Notes: generated from the sequence alone by a model not told the origin. A stretch of 64,000 bases of DNA from Eledone cirrhosa (GCA_964016885.1 OZ024744.1:90830001-90894000), one strand, 5' to 3'; counted from the stretch's first letter, positions 22,058 to 36,021 are shown. Numbers and translations: made by a program.

Positions 22058-22393
22058 CCTTGCCTGGCTTTCTGGAGAATAGAGGAAAGGTGTTTCCTCA
22101 AAAACCAGTATGACTCTAAAAACCGGTTTGTCTGTGTGTTTACATACAGAATAGCTGGACACTCACAGTAAAGTGACCAGTGAAAAACTCGGTACATCTA
22201 CATATGTATACGTGTGTGTATTCATATGCATACTAGTATTTCAGTATACATATGTGGATGTACATTTTTAACTTAATTGTTTAAGCGTCAGTCATACAAA
22301 AGTGAGTTACAAATGAAACGAAATTTAATTTCGTTTCGTTATTTGTTTTTATATATATATATATATTTGCAAGCAGGGAAAAGCGGACGTAAA

Positions 22394-22425
<32 letters not shown>

Positions 22426-22744
22426 ATATATATATATACAGAGATAGAAAAAAAAACAGTATGGCTGCTTTTGCGATATAAGATGCCACAATATCATTCA
22501 GTATTACAAAAAACTTTTTATTTTCTTTAAGTAAAAAGTGGGTGAGTGCGGAGGTGGGGCGGGGGGGGGGGGGGCAAGCAGGCAGGCAGGCTGTGAGGGT
22601 AGGGGTCATGCTGACCTGGCCAATGAGTGCGCTATGCCAACAAAGAAGAAGATAATGTCAAGCAATTTAGATTTAGTCTTAAGACATGCAAATAGCATCG
22701 CAGCTGTGAGAAAATCTCATGCAAACATGCACACATACACACAG

Positions 22745-22804
<60 letters not shown>

Positions 22805-22912
22805 AAAATATGTATATATATTATATGTGTGTGTGTATATGTATATATATATATGTGTGTGTGTATGTATATGATGATGATTTATATATATATATATATG
22901 TGTGTGCATGTG

Positions 22913-22955
<43 letters not shown>

Positions 22956-23928
22956 AAAATATGTATATATATGTATATGTGTGTGTGTGTATATGTATAT
23001 ATATATATATGTATATATATGTATATATATATATGTGTGTGTGTATGTATATGATGATGATGATATATATATATATATGCATATATATATATATGTGTGT
23101 GTATGTGTATGTATATATATATATATATATATATATACAGTATATATATATGCATATATATATGTGTGTGTATGTATATATATATGTGTGTGTGTGTGTA
23201 TATATATATGCATATATATATATATGTGTGTATCTATGTATATGGATATACATATACATACATACACACACATATATATATGCATATATATATATATATA
23301 TTTCGTTTCTGAATTTGTTTAGCAAGATTCTTTATCTGAAAACATGTGTTGAAACCGATATTGTTATACTTTGGGAGGGCCATGTTGCCAATAAGAAACA
23401 CACGCACCAGTTGCTTTCACTCCAATTTATTATAAATTAAATTTATAAATTTAAGAAATTTGTAAATTTCCGGTTGGTGGTTGGTTGGTTCCAAAACCGG
23501 ACAGGAGAAGATTTAACTATCTGTGTTTACACATCAAATGCAACTCTGCAAATAACCCGTCGCACGTGTTGCATTTTTAGAACTACACACATCGTACCAG
23601 TGAAGATCCGGGAGTTGACTACTGTGAGTTTACGGATTAATTATGAAATATATTTCTTTAATGAAATATATACAAGGAAGATTAATCATTTTAAAAGGTA
23701 ATATTTGAAGTTCTAGTTAAACTTTAATTAGTTACCTACCTAGCTGTGTGTGCTTACACACTTTACAAATTATCCCCTGTGATTGTTTCATGTGTTTATT
23801 TTAAATATATATATGTCAATCAATCTCTAGTTGATATAAAATGCTCGGATCTATTCATTGGAATCTTTGAGCTTATTCTACGGTGGATATGGCGCATGTC
23901 TCGGACATGACTCCCTTAATTTAAATTT

Positions 23929-23962
<34 letters not shown>

Positions 23963-23965
<3 letters not shown>

Positions 23966-24140
23966 AGTATGAAGTTGTAGCTGCCATATAGCAAGTACTA
24001 ATGGAGTTGTCTGAGGCAATCATAAAGCACTCAATAGAGCAGTATGTTAATACATTACTGCCTAGAGTAAATACAACAGTTTAAAAGTGTGACACCAAGA
24101 AAAAAGACCAAAGACTGTGGCCATACATATACCACAACAA
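23963..24140 (+). repeat. Unclassified dispersed repeat between (AT)n tracts; inverted copy at about 49420-49600
   Basis: GAAGTTGTAGCTGCCATATAGCAAGTACTAATGGAGTTGTCTGAGG...AGTGTGACACCAAGAAAA is found reverse-complemented at 49460-49592. Confidence 0.8.
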
Positions 24141-24533
24141 TATATATATATATATATTTATCAGTTCCTATATATTACTGGAATTCTACAAGAATCCAGC
24201 TTCTGTAATTTTCGACAAAGGCAGGGAAGTGTGTGGTCTTGATAAATGCCAACAAGTGAGAAACAGACTGCCGATCACACTCCCTTTGTTTTTGCTGAAA
24301 ATAAGTAAGTGACATAGTCACTACTTTAAAACTCATAGCGAATGGTCTTCAAGATGTTTTCAATTAAACATACAGTTTATGAGCAAGACAAGATCAGTCA
24401 ACCTAACATTGCCCACAACAAGACAACCCGTCAAACCCATGCTAGCATGGAAGAATCGATGATGATGATGATGATGATGATGATATATATATATATTGGA
24501 AAATGTATCAGGTCCTTGGTACAGTTAGGTATA

Positions 24534-24688
24534 TTTGAAAAAAGGAAAAGAATGACTTCACTTGTAGTTCTAAACAATTTGATTTAATTTTATAATATTG
24601 TATTACCCACTCATAATACTATTATATTATAAAATTAAATCAAATTGTTTAGAACTACAAGTGAAGTCTTCTTTTCCTTTTTTTCAAA
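24534..24688. repeat. Palindrome with arms of about 70 bp between (AT)n tracts
   Basis: GACTTCACTTGTAGTTCTAAACAATTTGATTTAATTTTATAATA and its exact reverse complement. Confidence 0.9.
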
Positions 24689-24702
24689 AATATATATATA
24701 TG

Positions 24703-25104
24703 TTTTTAATTAAACATACGGTATATTGCCAAATATACTATACATACATTCATGTATACATTGCTTTTTCAGAGCACCAATCCTAATACTAAATTTTTGC
24801 TAGACTGGCAATCGCTCTGTATAATCAGCTCCTGATTATTACTGGAATTCTATAAGAATCCAGCTTCTATAATTTTCGGTGGAAGAGGGCAGTGCGTGGC
24901 TCTGAGGATCGCCAAACAGCGTGAAACAGACTGTTAGCTTTTCTGCCTTCTTTCACCGAAAAGAAGTAAGTGACATAGTCACTACTTTAAAATGATAGCG
25001 TAAGGTCTTCAAAATATTTTTAATTAAACATACGGTATATTGCCAAATATTACTATGCATACATTTATGTATACATCGCTATTTCAGAGCACCAATCCTA
25101 ATAA
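24703..25104 (+). mobile_element. Retrozyme-like element R3: 314-bp monomer with about 85 bp terminal redundancy; decayed copy at 24172-24375
   Basis: TAATTAAACATACGGTATATTGCC at 24707 and 25021; internal hammerhead; AT-repeat flanks. Confidence 0.82.
24898..24939 (+). ncRNA. Type I hammerhead ribozyme (R3)
   Basis: GGCT-CTGAGGA-TCGC CAAACA GCGT-GAAA-CAGACTGT-T-AGCT, enclosed by the long stem TTTTCGGTGGAAGAGGGCAG / CTGCCTTCTTTCACCGAAAA. Confidence 0.8.
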
Positions 25105-25833
25105 TATATATATATATACATTCAGCTTTAAAAACCCGGCCATATTTACAGTCCCGGCGGAGCAAGCTACAGCGTGGTCAATTCAGGCCAGACTTGTCTC
25201 TTGACATGGATGACCCATCTGACCCATGCAAGCTTGGAAAATGGATGTTAAACAGTGATGGTGATGATGATGGTGATGATGATGATGATGATGATGATAA
25301 TGATGATGATGATGATGATATATAGGGGAATGTATATAACCATGGAGTAAATATTTATATATTTGAGCAGAAGTTTAAGCACAGAATCTCATCTTTCATC
25401 CATTCAAAGGATCTTCAGAAACTGAAATATTCTAATATCTCTAACTGTGTACACAGATATTAAGATTTCAAAATATTACAAGTAAATATCATCCTATTCA
25501 AATTTCAGAAAGATGTAATGGATAAAAAAAATGTAAAATAAAGAGTAGAAGTGCAGCTGACACTCATGTAAAATATAAATAAATATATAGAATAATACAA
25601 TAAAATACAATATGCTGATAGACATTGCTGATTAATATATGATTACTGTATATACTCACATTTGAATATACATACATGTACACACATACATGCAGGCATC
25701 TATACATACATCCAATTACACTTTTACATAAGTATATAATAGCGTCAACTACATATACACATTCATACATACATCTACATATATATATGTAAGAATGTAA
25801 TTGGATGTACGTATAGATGCGCGCATGTATATT

Positions 25834-26055
25834 TTAACCCTTTAGCATATAAAGTGGCTGAATCTGGCCAGAATTCTCTCACCTCTTTCTGTTCAAACCA
25901 GCTGCAACTGGCCACTTATACTGATTTTATTGTCCTCAAAATAAGTGATATCAAAATCATAGATTTGATATTATGTGACATAATTATGTGACATAAAGCT
26001 TTTACTGTGAAAATACAATAGTAAATATAGAGTAATATGAATGCTAAAGGGTTAA
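25834..26055. mobile_element. piggyBac-type MITE
   Basis: TTAA-CCCTTTAGCAT ... ATGCTAAAGGG-TTAA: 11-bp TIR plus TTAA target duplication. Confidence 0.85.
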
Positions 26056-26648
26056 ATGTGTGAGTACATGTATACTCAAATATAAGCAGAAAAATATGTG
26101 AAACCCCATCTCCAAAAAATCAATGGTAAAATGGTGGGGTCGTGGCTTATACATACCATTTAAACAATGTATTGATTTGCTGCCTCGCTTATAAATGGGG
26201 TTTAGATTTTTGCACATTACTCAGACATAAAATAAAGGGATTGCTTATATATGCTATCTAAACAATGTGTTGATTAGCTACCTCAGTTTATAAATTTTCA
26301 CCTATTTCTCAGACATAAAATAGCTGGGGAGGGATCATCTTATGTTCAAGTATATATATGTTATATTTTCTTGTCTATTGTATATTGTTTTAAGATGATA
26401 ATAAATCAATTCTAGAAATTACATAACCATGAAACATAACTAATTCCTGTTTCCACATATTTCTTTCTTTCTTTCTTTCATATGCTCCAATATTTTTCTA
26501 TACTTGATATATAATTGACTATATCGTTCATATATCATTAATGTTTTATTCTTGTGACATATAGAAATATATATTTTAGCTTGGTCTTAACTTTATAGAT
26601 TTGTATATAGTAAAAATCTGAGTTGAGGCAATGTTAAGCTGAGTAGTA

Positions 26649-27692
26649 TTAACTCTTTCATGGCCACATTTCTAATGAAATACACTCAGTGTGTATCACT
26701 GGTATTACTGTTAATGGTCCATTAGGAATTAATGATTTTATTAGCCCTTTCATGGCCACATTTCTAATGAAATACATTCTATTTTAATTTAATTAATGAA
26801 GAATTTTGAGGTATTTACTGAAATTATTAATTATTTCATTAGTAAGATAGTAATTTAATGTAAGGTTCTTTTATAAAATAATAATAATAATAAAAATAAT
26901 GAAATTATTGTGTACCGTGCTCAGGTGCACTACAACTCATCAAAGGTGCATGTATAGTACATAGAATAATGTTCAAATGTCAAGAAAATAAACAGTGTAC
27001 GATTCATGAAATACATGTGTGCATGTGTATGGACAGGGGAGGGGGGGGGCACATCAGGTGCAGTGTTGGCAAATCTCAGGAAGTATGGAAGATTTTAATT
27101 TAAATTGTAAACCTCTAAAATGGGTGGTTTTATTTCATAGAACCATAGCTGGTTTTAGTTGGGTTGGTAACAAAGATAGTAACTTAGGTTGGAAGATTTT
27201 TATTTAAATTGGAAAACGTTAAAATGGGTGACTGTTGTGCGAGAGTAGAACGCCCTCCTTGCGAGAATGGGCTTGACCACTACATATAAATAGTAGTGGC
27301 CTGAGTAAGTGGGAAAGTTGGTACTAGTTCCACAGATCGAGTGTTGATTGTCAAAGTTGGTGTTCAAGTTTACAGTTCGAGTTAGTGTATTGGATTGTTG
27401 GTTCTTAAAAGATTGTTGTTCCGTTACGTATGGTTATTGTCGTTTGTTCGATTATATTGTTATTACACTGTTGCAGTGTATTCATAAGTGTATTCATAAG
27501 GACATAACGGTGACTATATTCCATAGAACCAGAGCTGGTTTTAGCCAGATTGTTAACAAAGACAGTAATTTAATATAAGGTTCTTATATAAAATTATGTT
27601 GGAAGATTTTAATGTAAATTGGAAAGCTTTAAAATGGGTGACTTAATTTCATAGAACCAGAGCTGGTTTTGACCGGGTTGGTAACTAAAGGA
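26649..27692 (+). mobile_element. TTAA-ended MITE with internal subrepeats of about 120 bp and nested insertions (LINE-like 3' end with (TTA)n tail at about 26878-27090; solo LTR)
   Basis: Repeated AAAATGGGTG...CATAGAACCAGAGCTGGTTTT...AACAAAGATAG unit; homologous to 47700-48215 (minus). Confidence 0.65.
27233..27509 (+). mobile_element. Solo LTR (277 bp)
   Basis: Ends TGTTGTG...CATAACG; 5-bp TSD GTGAC (27228-27232 and 27510-27514); TATAAATA inside; the empty site AAAATGGGTGAC is visible in the sister subrepeat at about 27631. Confidence 0.8.
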
Positions 27693-27772
27693 TCTTATGT
27701 TATTTTTTGTGCTATATCCCCATAATTATTGGAATGGTAGCAGAGAACTGACAGCTATGCTTTTACTCTGTA

Positions 27773-27831
27773 CATCATCATCATCATCATCATTGTTATC
27801 ATTGTCATCATTATCATCATTGTCAGCATTC

Positions 27832-27876
<45 letters not shown>

Positions 27877-27974
27877 CCACCATTATCACCATTGCCATCA
27901 TCATCATCATCATCACCATCATTACCATCATCATCCTCATCATCATCACCATCATTGCCATCATAATCATCATC

Positions 27975-28005
<31 letters not shown>

Positions 28006-28125
28006 CCACCACCACCACCATCATCACCACCATCACCACCATCATCATCATCATCATTACCATCATCATCACCATCATCACCGCCATCATCATTAACACC
28101 ATCATCACCATTGTCGTCATCATTT
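27773..28125 (+). repeat. (CAT)n/(CAC)n microsatellite
   Basis: Direct reading. Confidence 0.97.
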
Positions 28126-28552
28126 AATATCCATTTTTTTTCCTGCAAGCAAGAAAGAGAGATCATATAGAATAGATTTTACATCAGTTGTTGATGATAT
28201 GAAAAGCAGTAATGCTCTAGATTACATTTCATTAGTACAGGTGCACTAGTTCTCTTCATTTCATCAAATAATGTAAAATTCATTCTATTTAAAGCATCTC
28301 TTTGTTTGCAGACAAACTTCTACTTCACATTCCTTCACATCCGTCTTTTATGTCTTTCTAAATTCAATTCTCAATATGAATCTTGAATTCTGAGAGACAA
28401 CAACGGCAGAACTTGAATGAACAGAGGGTGAATGGGAAACTTGGTTTGAAGATTAAAGAGAAATCTGAGGTGATGTTATAGGAGAGAAGGACAAGCACCT
28501 TTGGAAGGCATGTTCAAAGACTATGAACCATGTGAACCTCTCAGGAGTAGAT

Positions 28553-28746
28553 AGAAGAAGAAGAAGAAGAAGAAGAGGAAGGGGAAGAAGAAGAAGAGGA
28601 AGAGGAAGAAGAAGAAGAAGGAGGAAGAAGAAGAAGAAGAAGAAGAAGAAGGAGGTGGAGGAGGGGGGGGGGGGGGGGGGAGAACAAGAAGAAGAAGAAG
28701 AAGGAGGAGGAGGAGGAGAAGGAGAAGAAGAAGAAGAAGAAGAAGA
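28553..28746 (+). repeat. (GAA)n/(GGA)n purine tract with poly-G
   Basis: Direct reading. Confidence 0.97.
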
Positions 28747-28747
28747 C

Positions 28748-31700
28748 GCTACACTACACTACATTGCACTACACTACAATACACTACACTACATTATACT
28801 ACACTACACTAAATTACTCTACATTACACTACATTACACCACATTGCACTACACTACACTGCACTACATTACACAACACTACACTACACACACGACACTA
28901 CACTACGCTACACTACACTACATTGCACTCCACTTCACTACATTACATTACACAACATTACACTACACTACACTACACTACATTACACTACACTACATTA
29001 CACTACACTACACTACACTAGATTACACTACACTGCGTTTCATTACATTACACTACATTACATTACACTACATTACACTACACTACACTACATTACGCGA
29101 TATTACTCTACACTACACTAAACTACATTACACTACACTACACTACACTACACTACACTACACTACATTACACTACACCACATTACACTACAATACATTA
29201 CACTACATTACATTACATTACACTACATTGCGTTACATTACATTACACTACACTACACTACATTACATTACACTACATTACACTACACTACACTACACTA
29301 CACTACACTACACTACATTACACTACACTACATTATATTACACAACATTACATTACACTTCACTACATTAGACTACATCACATTATATTACACTACATTA
29401 CATTACACTACATTACACTACATTACACTATATTACGCTACATTACACTACATTACACTACACTACATTACACTACATTACACTACATTACACCACATTA
29501 TACTACATTACACTACATTACATTACACCACACTACATTACACTACACTACACTACATTATACTACATTATACTACACTACACTATATTACACTACATTA
29601 CGTTACATTACATTACACTACACTACACTACATTACATTACACTACATTACACTACACTACACTACATTACACTACACTTCACTACATTACACTACATTA
29701 CACTACATTACATTATATTTCATTACATTACACTACATTACATTACACTACACTACACTACATTACACTACACTACATTATACTACATTATACTACACTA
29801 CACTATATTACACTACATTACGTTACATTATATTACACTACACTACACTACATTACATTACATTACATTACATTACACTACACTACATTACACTACACTT
29901 CACTACATTACACTACATTACATTACACTACATTACATTATATTTCATTACATTACACTACATTACATTACACTACACTACACTACATTACACTACACAA
30001 AATTACACTACACAAAATTACACTACACTACACTACAATACATTATATTACACTACACTACACTACACTACATTACACTACATTACTCTACATTAAATTA
30101 CGTTGCACTACATTACATTACACTACATTACACTACATTACATTACACTACACCACATTACACTACATTACATTACACTACACTACATTACATTACATTA
30201 CACTACATTATATTACACCACATTACACTACACTACATTACACGACATTACATTACACTACACTACACTACATTACACTACACTACACTACATTATACTA
30301 CATTATACTACACTACACTATATTACACTACATTACGTTACATTATATTATACTACATCTGAGTTCAAATCCCGCCGAGGTTGACTTTGCCTTTCATCCT
30401 TACGGGGTCGATAAAATAATCCTTACGGGGTCGATAAAATAAAGTACCAGTAATTGCTGGCCTTGTGCTTAAAGTAGAAACAATTATATTATACTACACT
30501 ACACTACATTACATTACACTACATTACGTTACATTATATTACACTACACTACACTTCACTACATTACACTACATTACATTACACTACATTACATTATATT
30601 TCATTACATTACACTACATTACATTACACTACACTACACTACATTACACTACACAAAATTACACTACACTACACTACAATACATTATATTACACTACACT
30701 ACACTACACTACACTACATTACACTACATTACTCTACATTAAATTACGTTGCACTACATTACATTACACTACATTACATTACACTACACCACATTACACT
30801 ACATTACATTACACTACACTACACTACACTACATTACACTACATTATATTACACCACATTACACTACACTACATTACACGACATTACATTACACCACATT
30901 ACACTACATTACACTACACTACACTACACGACATTAGACTACATTACACTACACTATATTACACTACATTACATTACAGTACACTACATTACACTACACT
31001 ATATTACACTACATTATATTACACCACATTACACTACACTACATTACACGACATTACATTACACCACATTACACTACATTTCACTACACTACACTACACG
31101 ACATTAGACTACATTACACTACACTATATTACACTACATTACATTACAGTACACTACATTACACTATACTACACTACATTACATTACATGACACTACATT
31201 ACACTACACTACATTACGTTACATTACACTTCACTACACTACATTACACTACACTACATTACACTACACTACACTACATTACACTACATTACATTACACT
31301 ACATTATATTACACTACACTACATTACACTACATTATATTACACTACACTACATTACACTACATTACATTACACTACACTACATTACACTTCACTACACT
31401 ACATTACACTACACTACATTACATTACACTACACTACATTACACTACATTACATTACACTACATTATATTACACTACACTGCATTACACTACATTACACT
31501 ACACTACACTACATTACACTACACTACAATACATTAAACTACATTACACTACACTACATTACACTACTCTACATTACACTACATTACACTACATTACATT
31601 ACATTACACTACACTACATTACACTACATTACACTATACTACACTACACTACATTATATTACATTGTAGTATACTACACTACACTACATTACACTACATT

Positions 31701-32972
31701 ACATTACACTACACTGCATTACACTACACTACATTATATTACACCACATTACACTACACTATATTACACTACATTACACTACACTACATTACACTACACT
31801 ATACTACACTACATTACATTACACTACATTACATTACACTACACTACATTACACTACACTACATTACACTACACTATACTACACTACACTACATTACACC
31901 ACATTACACCACATTACACTACACTACATTACACTACACCACACTACATTACACTGCATTAAATTTTATTACACTACATTACACTACACTACGTTACATT
32001 ACACTACACTACACTACATTACACTACACTACATTACACTACATTACATTACACTACACCACATTACACTACATTACACTACACTACACCACACTACATT
32101 ACACTACACTATACTACACTACACTATATTACACTACATTACACTACACTACATTACATTACACTACACTACACTACACTACACTACACTACACTACACT
32201 ATACTACACTACCCTATACTACACTACACTATACTACACTATACTACACTATACTACAATATATTACACTATACTACACTATACTACACTATACTACACT
32301 ACTCTATACTACACTCCACTATACTATACTACACTATACTACACTATATTACACTATACTACACTACACTATACTACACTATACTATACTACACTATACT
32401 TCACTATATTACATTATACTACACCACACTACACTATACTACACTATACTACACTATACTACACTATACTACACTACACTACACTACACTATATTACACT
32501 ATATTACACTACACTACACTATACTACACTCTACTATACTATACTACACTATACTACACTATACTATACTACACTATACTACACTACACTATACTACACC
32601 ATACTATACTACACTATACTTCACTACACTATACTACACTACACTACACTACACTATACTACACTACACTATATTACACTATACTACACTACACTACACT
32701 ACACTACACTACACTACACTATATTTCACTATACTACATTATACTACACTATACTACACTATACTACACTATACTATACTACACCATACTATACTACACT
32801 ATACTACACTACACTACACTATATTACACTATATTACACTATACTACACTACACTACACTACACTATACTACACTACACTATACTACACTATACTACACT
32901 ACACTATACTACACTACACTATATTACACTATACTACACTACACTATACTACACTACACTATACTATACTAA
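28748..32972 (+). repeat. 4.2-kb pentanucleotide array (ACACT/ACATT grading to ATACT) with a 5'-truncated family A SINE at 30358-30487
   Basis: Direct reading; the source of the HYTTL ORFs. Confidence 0.98.
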
Positions 32973-33369
32973 CATTAATTCTAGGCGTTGTTGGTTTTCT
33001 TAATTATTTGTTTTTCATATTGCTTTTTCTTATAGGTGTGTGTGTGTGTGGTTTTTTTTGTGTGTGTGTTTATGTGCATGTGTGCGTGTGTGATATTTAC
33101 ATGCACTAGGTCAACTCTGATCGATCAGACTTATGATTAAGAAGGGCTGTCTAGTTGTGACCGTCCCTACTTCATTTACAGATAGTGTTCTCCCATTTTT
33201 AAGAGGGAGATTTGGCAGCTATTTCTAGCAGGTTGAGAGACCATGTGTAAACTTCCATAATGTATGTAGCAATTAAGTTTAATTTTTATTATATCTTATG
33301 GGAATATCTTTTTTATCATCGCCATCACAACCTTTCCTACCCCACCACTGCCATTAAGTCCACTTACCA

Positions 33370-34890
33370 TCACCACCAGTACTACACCACCACCACCACA
33401 ACCAGCACTATTAACCATCACCACCATCAGCAACACCAATGCCAACCAATACCACCACCAGAATCACCAACCACCACCACCACCATCATCAACCACCCCA
33501 TCATCACTACCACCCCCATCATCACTACCACCACCATCACCACAACTACAACCACCATACCCACCACCACCACTAACTCCAGTGTCACCTCCACATCACC
33601 ACCACTACCAGCAGCACTATCAACCATCACCACCACCATCAGCAACACCAATACCAACCACCACCACCATCATTACCATCTCCAACCCCCTCCACAACCA
33701 CCACCACCACCACCACAACCACCACAACCACCACAACCACCATCCCCACCACAAACACCAACAACAACAACAACAACAACACAACCATCACCACCATTAC
33801 CAACAACCCCCCAATACCTCACCATCACCAATTACCTCCATCACCACCGTCACCGCCACCCACCACAACTACCTCCACCACCACAAACAACAACAACAAC
33901 ACAACCACCACAAACAACAACAACAACACAACCACCACCACAACCATTACCAACCACCACCACCACAACTACCACCATCACTTCCACCCTCCACAGTGAC
34001 CTCCACCACCACAATCACCAACCACCCCCAATACCACGCCACCACCACCACCACCACTACCACCATCACCACCATTACCAACACCACCACCACCACCACT
34101 ACCACCATCATCACCATTACCAACACCACCACCACCACCACCACCACCACCACCAACACCACCACCACCACCACCACTACCACCACCACCACCACCATCA
34201 TCACCACCACCACCACTACCACCACCACCTTCATCACCACCACCACCACTACCACCACCACCACCACTACCACCATCACCGCCACTACCACCACCACCAC
34301 CACCACCACCATCACCACCACTCCACCACCACCACCACCATCATCACCACCACCATCACCACCACCACCATCACCACCACCACTACCGCCACTACCACCA
34401 CCACCACCACCACCACCATCACCACCACTCCACCACTACCACCACCACCACCACTACCGCCACTACCACCACCACCACCACCACCACCACCACCATCACC
34501 ACCACTCCACCACCACCACCACCACCACCACCACCACCACCACCACCACCACCACCACCATCATCACCACCACCACCACTACCACGACCACCACCACGAC
34601 CACCACCACCACCACCACCATCACCACCACCACCACTACCACCACCACCACCACTACCACCATCACCGCCACTACCACCACCACCACCACCACCACCACC
34701 ACCACTCCACCACCACCACCACCACCACCACCACCATCACCACCACCACTACCACCACCACCACCACCAATCCACCACTACCATCACCACCACTACCGCC
34801 ACTACCACCACCACCACCACCACCACCACCACTACCGCCACTACCACCACCACCACCACCACCATCACCACCACTCCACCACTACCACCA
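33370..34890 (+). repeat. (CAC)n-based trinucleotide array
   Basis: Direct reading. Confidence 0.97.
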
Positions 34891-35219
34891 ATTTGTGGTC
34901 TGTTGCATCTGTGGATCTTGTACTGGAACTTTTCACTCCGTCATTTACAATGACCATCATTAACTGCTATGAAGTAAAGGAATGTTATGTTATCGGTGAC
35001 TTTTATCTGACTACAAGGATAGAGAAGCATGGAAATATGTAGCCCAGAAACATGAATATATTCATCGCCTGTATATTCACATATATTTTACAATAAGTCT
35101 CCAATTTACGAACGAGTTCGTTAGTTGATTTGTTTGTAAGTTGATCGTCTGACACAGCACGTACCAGTAAGCCTATATATATATATATTACATCGATATT
35201 GCATGTTTCCATATGAGTG

Positions 35220-35254
<35 letters not shown>

Positions 35255-35566
35255 TATCATCGTTTAACGTCCATCTTCCACGCTTAGCATGGGTTAGACG
35301 GTTTTGTTCCATTTGATGCAGGAATGATTGGGAGACCATGTCTCACTCACACGGAAGCGTCTCTGGCAGGGTTTTTTTTACAGCTGGATGCCCTTCCTAA
35401 CACCAACCACATTTACAGTGTGGACTGGGAGCCTTTTTACCATTATATATATATATATATATTTAGAACTGCTGGACTAACAACCTACCAGCTCCCTCAA
35501 GCACTAATGGTGATTATCGCTAAATATTGATGTTGATTTGGTAATCAATATTAATATTATTGGGCA

Positions 35567-35689
35567 CCCACTGAAGAATTATAAGAGCCCACTTGAATAA
35601 GTATCTGTTGATCTTATACAAGCTTCTACATAAATTGGTATAATTTCACCCAACTTGTAGAAATCTTATAATGAAACGAGTCGTCTGGG
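35567..35689 (+). ncRNA. Type I hammerhead with a branched stem II of about 95 nt, in an (AT)n-flanked element of about 400 bp (35463-35862)
   Basis: CCCA-CTGAAGA-ATTATAAGA...TCTTATAAT-GAAA-CGAGTCGT-C-TGGG: all core nucleotides present, GUC site, 9-bp stem II base. Confidence 0.8.
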
Positions 35690-35986
35690 AAATGATATAT
35701 TTGATATATCTCATATGAAATGATAAAGCCAATTTTCCACACAATACAATTAGTTAGCAACCCGAACGTTTAATTAGGAATATACTCAGGTATTTCCTAA
35801 TGTTTGTTGAGTAAGTTGGAATTTGGCCGGAGTATTCCTATTAGCTTTCTCCGATTATGTATTTATATATATATATATTTATAACAAAGAGGGTGTGGTA
35901 AGATACCAGGTGGACCATAATGCACCAGAGTACTCAATACCTAGGGTAGTAGAGTGGGTAATAGGAAAAGAGTCAGGACCCCGACG

Positions 35987-36021
<35 letters not shown>

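Larger units (their letters stand above)
21171..22350. mobile_element. Retrozyme-like element R1: 466-bp monomer, present as about 1.2 copies (minus) joined head-to-head to about 1.3 copies (plus)
   Basis: Direct repeats 21171/21637 and 21746/22212 (period 466); inversion junction at 21745/21746; (AT)n on both flanks; one hammerhead per arm. Confidence 0.88.

Noticed and set aside
21287-22162. Identical 60-aa ORFs on opposite strands
   Set aside because: A by-product of the R1 inverted duplication, with a non-ATG start and antisense to the ribozyme.
23330-23365. CTGAAAA...GAAACCGATA hammerhead-like motif in an (AT)n-flanked hairpin-rich segment (23300-23930)
   Set aside because: The core G8 is missing and stems I and III do not pair convincingly. 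It may be a decayed element but cannot be supported.
28523-35042. Long HYTTL, poly-His, poly-Thr and poly-Pro ORFs (also YI-repeat, poly-R/K/T and poly-A/T ORFs elsewhere)
   Set aside because: Simple-repeat artefacts with no domain content or splice context.
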